Source: Anaeromyxobacter dehalogenans
Lineage (GTDB): Bacteria > UBP6 > JAFGXH01
Reading direction: 5' to 3'
DNA: 10,549 nucleotides
Assembly (NCBI GenBank): GCA_020718465.1
Contig: DYRY01000013.1
Coordinates: forward strand, 21,368 to 31,916
The notes under the pieces are model-generated. The model had not been told where the DNA came from. It did no database searches and saw only the letters and a list, made by a program, of their open reading frames with translations. The position numbers and the translations under genes are program-made. The first letter of the stretch is position 1; every line of letters starts with the position of its first letter. Shown one piece after another: positions 7,281 to 10,549 of this stretch.

Positions 7281-7331
7281 ATTTTTTATAAAAGAAAAAT
7301 AATATAGATTTTTTATAAAAGAAAAATAATA
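7281..7331. repeat. Perfect 24-bp tandem direct repeat ATTTTTTATAAAAGAAAAATAATA x2 (7281-7304 and 7308-7331), separated by TAG
   Basis: An exact duplicate is read directly from the sequence. It sits in the 146-bp spacer between the FadL-like gene and the GH3 gene, 60-110 nt upstream of ATG 7394. Confidence 0.9.
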
Positions 7332-7393
7332 AATATTACAATTTATCTTTGAAATATTATTAATAGTTCACTTTGCATTTTAGGAGAGTTTTT

Positions 7394-8836
7394 ATGAAAA
7401 TAGTGTTATTTTTAATAACAATATCTGTTTTGGGTTTTCAAAAAAATGATAGTATAGATAAAATTATTGAAAGCATGAGTATTGAAGAGAGAGTTGGTCA
7501 GCTTTTTAATATAGCAATTAAAGGGAAAACACTTCTACCTGAATATGAACAATTTTTTAAAAAATACTCTATTGGTGGAGTAACACTTTTTGGCTATAAT
7601 ATGAAAAATTATAAACAGGTAAAGCTATTTATTGAAGAGATTCAAAAAAGTGTTAAAATACCAATGTTTATCAGTGTTGATCAAGAGGGTGGACGAATTA
7701 CAAGATTTAAATTCGGGAATTTCTTACCACCATCACCATATCTTTTAGGAGTTTTAGATTCAGATGAGATTACTAAAACTGTTGCTGAGTATGTTGCAAG
7801 AGATTTACATGTAGTTGGTATTAACCTAAATTTAGCACCTGTTGCAGATATATTAAGTAATCAAAAAAATCATGCTATTTTTGATAGATCTTTTGGTAGT
7901 AATCCCTCTATTGTATCAAAACATGTCTCAATATTTATCAAGGAGATGCAAAATAATGGTGTAGTTGCAACAGCTAAACATTTTCCTGGCCAAGGTGATT
8001 TTTCACAAGACACACATGAAACACTTCCAATTTCAAAAACAACAGAGAAAACAATGTTAAAACGAGAGTGGTTACCATTTAAAAGTGCAATAAAAGAGGA
8101 TGTTGGTGTTATAATGACATCACATGCAATATTTGGAGCACTTGACCCCAAATATCCCTCAACTCTTTCAGAAAAAATTTTAAAAGAACTATTAAGAGAG
8201 AAACTAAAATTTAATAATTTAATATTTACTGATGGTCTTGAGATGAAGGCTATTTTAGACACTTTTGGCCTTGAAAAAGCAACAATATTGGCTTTTAATA
8301 GTGGTGTTGATATTGTTACTATAAATTGGGATTTGGAGAATATACAAAAAGCAATTGATGCAACCCTCAAAGCAATTGAATCTGGAGAGATAAAAATTGA
8401 GGATATTAATAAGAAAGTAAAAAGAGTTTTAACTATAAAACAAAAATATCTCCTTTTAAATAAAAAATCTCAAATAGTAACTAAAAAAGAGGGGGACTCT
8501 ATCAGAAGAAAAATATATACAGATGCTATAATGTTTAGAAATTTAACTGAAAATGATATTAAAAGTTGTGATATTATAACAAATATATCCTCTTTAAAAA
8601 AAAAATATAGTTATGAAAAAACTATATCTAAAGATACAAAGAATAGAGTATTAATTCTTCAAAGTTTAAAAGGGATAACAAAAGAGACAATATCAAATAA
8701 CATTATATTTTTTCTTGCTCCAAAAATATTATTGGACTTATATCCTGAAGCAAAAGGGATTATTTTTCATAATAAAAATGAGATAATAGATGAGATTTTA
8801 GATGATTTTATTGAAAAAAACTGTAAAAAAGAGTAG
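7394..8836 (+). CDS. Glycoside hydrolase family 3 beta-N-acetylhexosaminidase (NagZ-like), N-terminal signal peptide, ~130-aa Lys-rich C-terminal extension; 480 aa from ATG 7394
   Basis: RBS AGGAG lies at 7383-7387, 6 nt before ATG 7394. The ORF-track start at 7373 is a TTG. Hydrophobic leader MKIVLFLITISVLGF is present. The GH3 N-domain motifs SVDQEGGRITRF, KHFPGQGD and FTDGLEMKAI match the NagZ patterns DQEGGRVQRF / KHFPGHG / SDDLSM. Confidence 0.8.
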   Translation: MKIVLFLITISVLGFQKNDSIDKIIESMSIEERVGQLFNIAIKGKTLLPEYEQFFKKYSIGGVTLFGYNMKNYKQVKLFIEEIQKSVKIPMFISVDQEGGRITRFKFGNFLPPSPYLLGVLDSDEITKTVAEYVARDLHVVGINLNLAPVADILSNQKNHAIFDRSFGSNPSIVSKHVSIFIKEMQNNGVVATAKHFPGQGDFSQDTHETLPISKTTEKTMLKREWLPFKSAIKEDVGVIMTSHAIFGALDPKYPSTLSEKILKELLREKLKFNNLIFTDGLEMKAILDTFGLEKATILAFNSGVDIVTINWDLENIQKAIDATLKAIESGEIKIEDINKKVKRVLTIKQKYLLLNKKSQIVTKKEGDSIRRKIYTDAIMFRNLTENDIKSCDIITNISSLKKKYSYEKTISKDTKNRVLILQSLKGITKETISNNIIFFLAPKILLDLYPEAKGIIFHNKNEIIDEILDDFIEKNCKKE

Positions 8837-8955
8837 TAACTCTATTTTAGTAGAGCCTTAAAAAATATAAAAACAGATATTTTCTACCTCTTTATATTAA
8901 ACAATAGTTAAAAATTAAAAAATAAGATATAATATTTATTATTATTTTAGTTAAA

Positions 8956-8974
8956 AATTCGGCAAAGCCGAATA
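8956..8974. other. GC-rich inverted repeat (AATTCGGC-AAA-GCCGAATA; 7-bp perfect stem ATTCGGC/GCCGAAT, 3-nt loop) inside a 325-bp intergenic spacer
   Basis: Read directly from the sequence. It is a GC island in otherwise >80% AT spacer. No T-run follows on the + strand. On the - strand the stem is followed by TTTT. Confidence 0.4.
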
Positions 8975-9108
8975 GGGGTGGGTAAAGTTAAGTAAAGAAA
9001 ATAAAGAATTTCACTTTGATTACAACAGTAAAATCTTTTTTCACAAAAATAAAATCTTACCCATATTTTTACAATTTTGAAAAATACTATAATCAAATAA
9101 ACTAAAGA

Positions 9109-9137
9109 TTGACATATTTTGAAAACTAATATAAAAT
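9109..9137 (+). promoter_or_regulatory. Candidate sigma70 promoter for the amidohydrolase gene: consensus -35 TTGACA (9109-9114), 17 nt, -10 TAAAAT (9132-9137)
   Basis: A perfect -35 hexamer with canonical 17-nt spacing to an A/T -10, about 25 nt upstream of ATG 9162. Confidence 0.45.
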
Positions 9138-9161
9138 AATGATTTTAATTATGGTATTTTT

Positions 9162-10499
9162 ATGATTATAAAAAATATAGAGTTTATTTCTGAAAATGGA
9201 GAGTTAAAAAGGGCTGATATAACTATAAAAAACAGTATTATCTCAAAAATAGAGTTTTTATCTGAAAATAGAAATACTCCATATATAGATTTTGACTCAA
9301 ATAATGATTTAAATAGTGAAAATAGTAAATCTTTTGATTATAATAGTAGTTTAAATACTGAAAATTCTGATGTTTTTGATGGAAGCAATTTTTATTTATC
9401 AGCAGGATTAGTAAACACACATACACACCTTTCTATGAGTTTTTTAAAAGGAATTGCAGATCATCTTCCTCTATTGGAGTGGCTTCAGAAAGTTATATTC
9501 CCAGTTGAGGGAAAATATGTCTCTTCCGATTTTGTATATTTTGGTTCTGTAATGGGGGCAATAGAACAGATTAAAACAGGAGTAACATCTGTTGTTGATA
9601 TGTACTATATGGCTGAAAATTACTCTGAAGGATTAAAAAAAATAGGCCTTCGCTCTTTTCCTGGTGTTGGTCATAGAGATGGAGCTATTGAATTTATAGA
9701 AAAATATAAAAATGACCCATTAATTCACCCAACTCTTTTTGCACATGCAATATATACAACTCCAGTTTCATCAATAGAGTGGGTTGCTCAACAATCAAAA
9801 AAATATAATATTCCATATCAATTTCACCTTCTTGAGGGGGAATCTGAAGGAGTAATTTTTAAAAATGAAAAGGGAGTTGAGCTTGTTCCATTTTTAGAGT
9901 CAATTGGATTTTTAAGTGAAAGATTAATAGCCGCTCATGGTGTTTGGATTAATGATAGTGATGCAGATATATTAGCAAAACATGGTGTTACAATTGCACA
10001 TAATCCACATAGTAATTTAAAATTAAACTCAGGTATAATGCCACTAAAAAATCTACAAAATCATGGAGTAAATGTGACATTAGGTAGTGATGGTTCTGCC
10101 TCTAATAATCATATATCAATGCTATTAGAGATGGATTTAGCAGCAAAATTAAGCTACTATAAATCAGGAGAACCTATTCACCCAAAAGAGATATATTTTA
10201 TGGCAACAAAAAATGCTCAAAAATCTCTAAAAAAACAGTTTGGAGTTATAAAAGAGGGAGTTTTGGCAGATCTGATTTTTATTAATAAAAATCACTACTC
10301 AATGATTCCAAATATAGATCCAATTTCTCACATTGTTTTTTCAAATCCAGAGGAGGCCATCCAACATGTTATGATTAATGGTGAATGGGTTATGAAAAAT
10401 AGAAAATTAACAAAAATAGATGAGGAACTCTTTTATAAAGAGTTACAAAAATATATAAAAACTCTTCATCTTGAGGAGTTTTATGAAAAAACAAAATAG
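9162..10499 (+). CDS. Metal-dependent amidohydrolase of the MtaD/TRZ-ATZ family (5-methylthioadenosine/S-adenosylhomocysteine or aminofutalosine-type deaminase), 445 aa, with an N/S/D-rich insertion near the N-terminus
   Basis: The metal-binding HxH sits in GLVNTHTHLSMSF (nt ~9406-9444). The family motif LGSDGSASNN (nt ~10081-10110) matches LGTDGAASNN of MtaD and cytosine-deaminase-like enzymes. HLLEGESE lies mid-protein. The RBS is weak (AT-rich leader). Confidence 0.8.
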   Translation: MIIKNIEFISENGELKRADITIKNSIISKIEFLSENRNTPYIDFDSNNDLNSENSKSFDYNSSLNTENSDVFDGSNFYLSAGLVNTHTHLSMSFLKGIADHLPLLEWLQKVIFPVEGKYVSSDFVYFGSVMGAIEQIKTGVTSVVDMYYMAENYSEGLKKIGLRSFPGVGHRDGAIEFIEKYKNDPLIHPTLFAHAIYTTPVSSIEWVAQQSKKYNIPYQFHLLEGESEGVIFKNEKGVELVPFLESIGFLSERLIAAHGVWINDSDADILAKHGVTIAHNPHSNLKLNSGIMPLKNLQNHGVNVTLGSDGSASNNHISMLLEMDLAAKLSYYKSGEPIHPKEIYFMATKNAQKSLKKQFGVIKEGVLADLIFINKNHYSMIPNIDPISHIVFSNPEEAIQHVMINGEWVMKNRKLTKIDEELFYKELQKYIKTLHLEEFYEKTK

Positions 10500-10501
10500 A
10501 C

Positions 10502-10542
10502 CTCTTGCATAACCTAAAAGAAGAGAAAAAAAGAGTTTTTTT
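10502..10542 (+). terminator. Possible weak intrinsic terminator after the amidohydrolase gene: CTCTT (10502-10506) ... AAGAG (10531-10535) followed by TTTTTTT (10536-10542)
   Basis: A T7 run immediately follows a 5-bp complementary pair, but the loop (~24 nt) is long for a canonical terminator and the window ends at 10549. Confidence 0.2.
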
Positions 10543-10549
10543 ATATTTT

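Noticed and set aside
7281-7331. Could the tandem repeat be a CRISPR array
   Set aside because: There are only two copies, separated by a 3-bp gap, not 20-40-bp spacers. The repeat is non-palindromic pure AT, and there are no cas genes.
7870-8370. 166-aa antisense ORF inside the GH3 gene, and a 62-aa antisense ORF (9238..9426) inside the amidohydrolase gene
   Set aside because: Both are antisense to genes with clear family motifs. Their composition is typical of reverse-frame artefacts and neither has a start context.
7248-8900. Terminators after the FadL-like gene (AATAG..CTATT+T6 at ~7259-7290) and after the GH3 gene (CTCTA..TAGAG at ~8843-8858)
   Set aside because: The stems are only 5 bp and AT-rich, and the second lacks a T-run. 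That is too weak to call, though the first may contribute to termination.
8837-9161. tRNA or other canonical RNA gene in the long spacer
   Set aside because: There is no GTTC-type T-loop, no cloverleaf-compatible arms and no anticodon-stem pattern. The GC island is too short, and only a simple hairpin is evident.
9139-9165. 8-codon micro-ORF (MILIMVFL) whose TGA stop overlaps the amidohydrolase ATG (ATGA)
   Set aside because: In >80% AT leader sequence such mini-ORFs arise by chance. It has no RBS and no conservation evidence, so I do not treat it as a leader peptide.
1-10549. Eukaryotic (Dictyostelium-like) origin, suggested by an MVP gene plus poly-A-rich intergenic DNA
   Set aside because: Every gene has a Shine-Dalgarno motif at the correct spacing. 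The genes are intronless, co-oriented and tightly packed. Neighbours are a FadL-type OM beta-barrel and signal-peptide proteins, and there are no poly-N/Q coding runs. A bacterial context is far more parsimonious.
1-10549. Mobile element, prophage or integron signatures
   Set aside because: There is no transposase, integrase or recombinase ORF, no terminal inverted repeats and no attC-like sites. The only repeat is the 24-bp tandem pair.

Overview
This is an AT-rich (roughly 30% GC) bacterial window, probably from a Gram-negative organism. I infer that from a FadL-family outer-membrane barrel, signal peptides, and Shine-Dalgarno motifs 4-8 nt upstream of every start codon. Five complete genes and one 3'-truncated upstream gene all lie on the + strand. 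The headline is a tightly linked two-gene module. Its first gene (254..3184) encodes a large STAND-type P-loop NTPase with an N-terminal CxxC..CxxC zinc ribbon, an AAA_16-like Walker A/B core with a helical arm, and roughly 8 C-terminal TPR repeats. A 62-bp gap with no terminator separates it from the second gene (3247..5712). That gene encodes an 821-aa protein whose whole length reads like a eukaryotic major vault protein (MVP): MVP-type N-terminal repeats, an SPFH-like shoulder, a long cap-helix coiled coil and a C-terminal cap segment. Eukaryotic vaults pair MVP with TEP1, a STAND (NACHT) NTPase carrying repeat domains. A STAND/TPR NTPase co-transcribed with a bacterial MVP homolog is therefore a candidate bacterial vault-like nanocompartment, or a STAND-sensor/cage-effector system, which to my knowledge is uncharacterised. 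Downstream lie separately promoted housekeeping genes: a FadL/TodX-family outer-membrane channel, a secreted GH3 NagZ-like beta-N-acetylhexosaminidase, and an MtaD/TRZ-ATZ-family amidohydrolase (deaminase). The deaminase carries an unusual N/S/D-rich insertion. Non-coding oddities are a perfect 24-bp tandem direct repeat upstream of the GH3 gene, and a 325-bp spacer holding a GC-rich hairpin island with long-range complementarity, a possible sRNA or structured leader. I saw no rRNA, tRNA, CRISPR or transposase. All protein calls rest on remembered family motifs, not on database searches.
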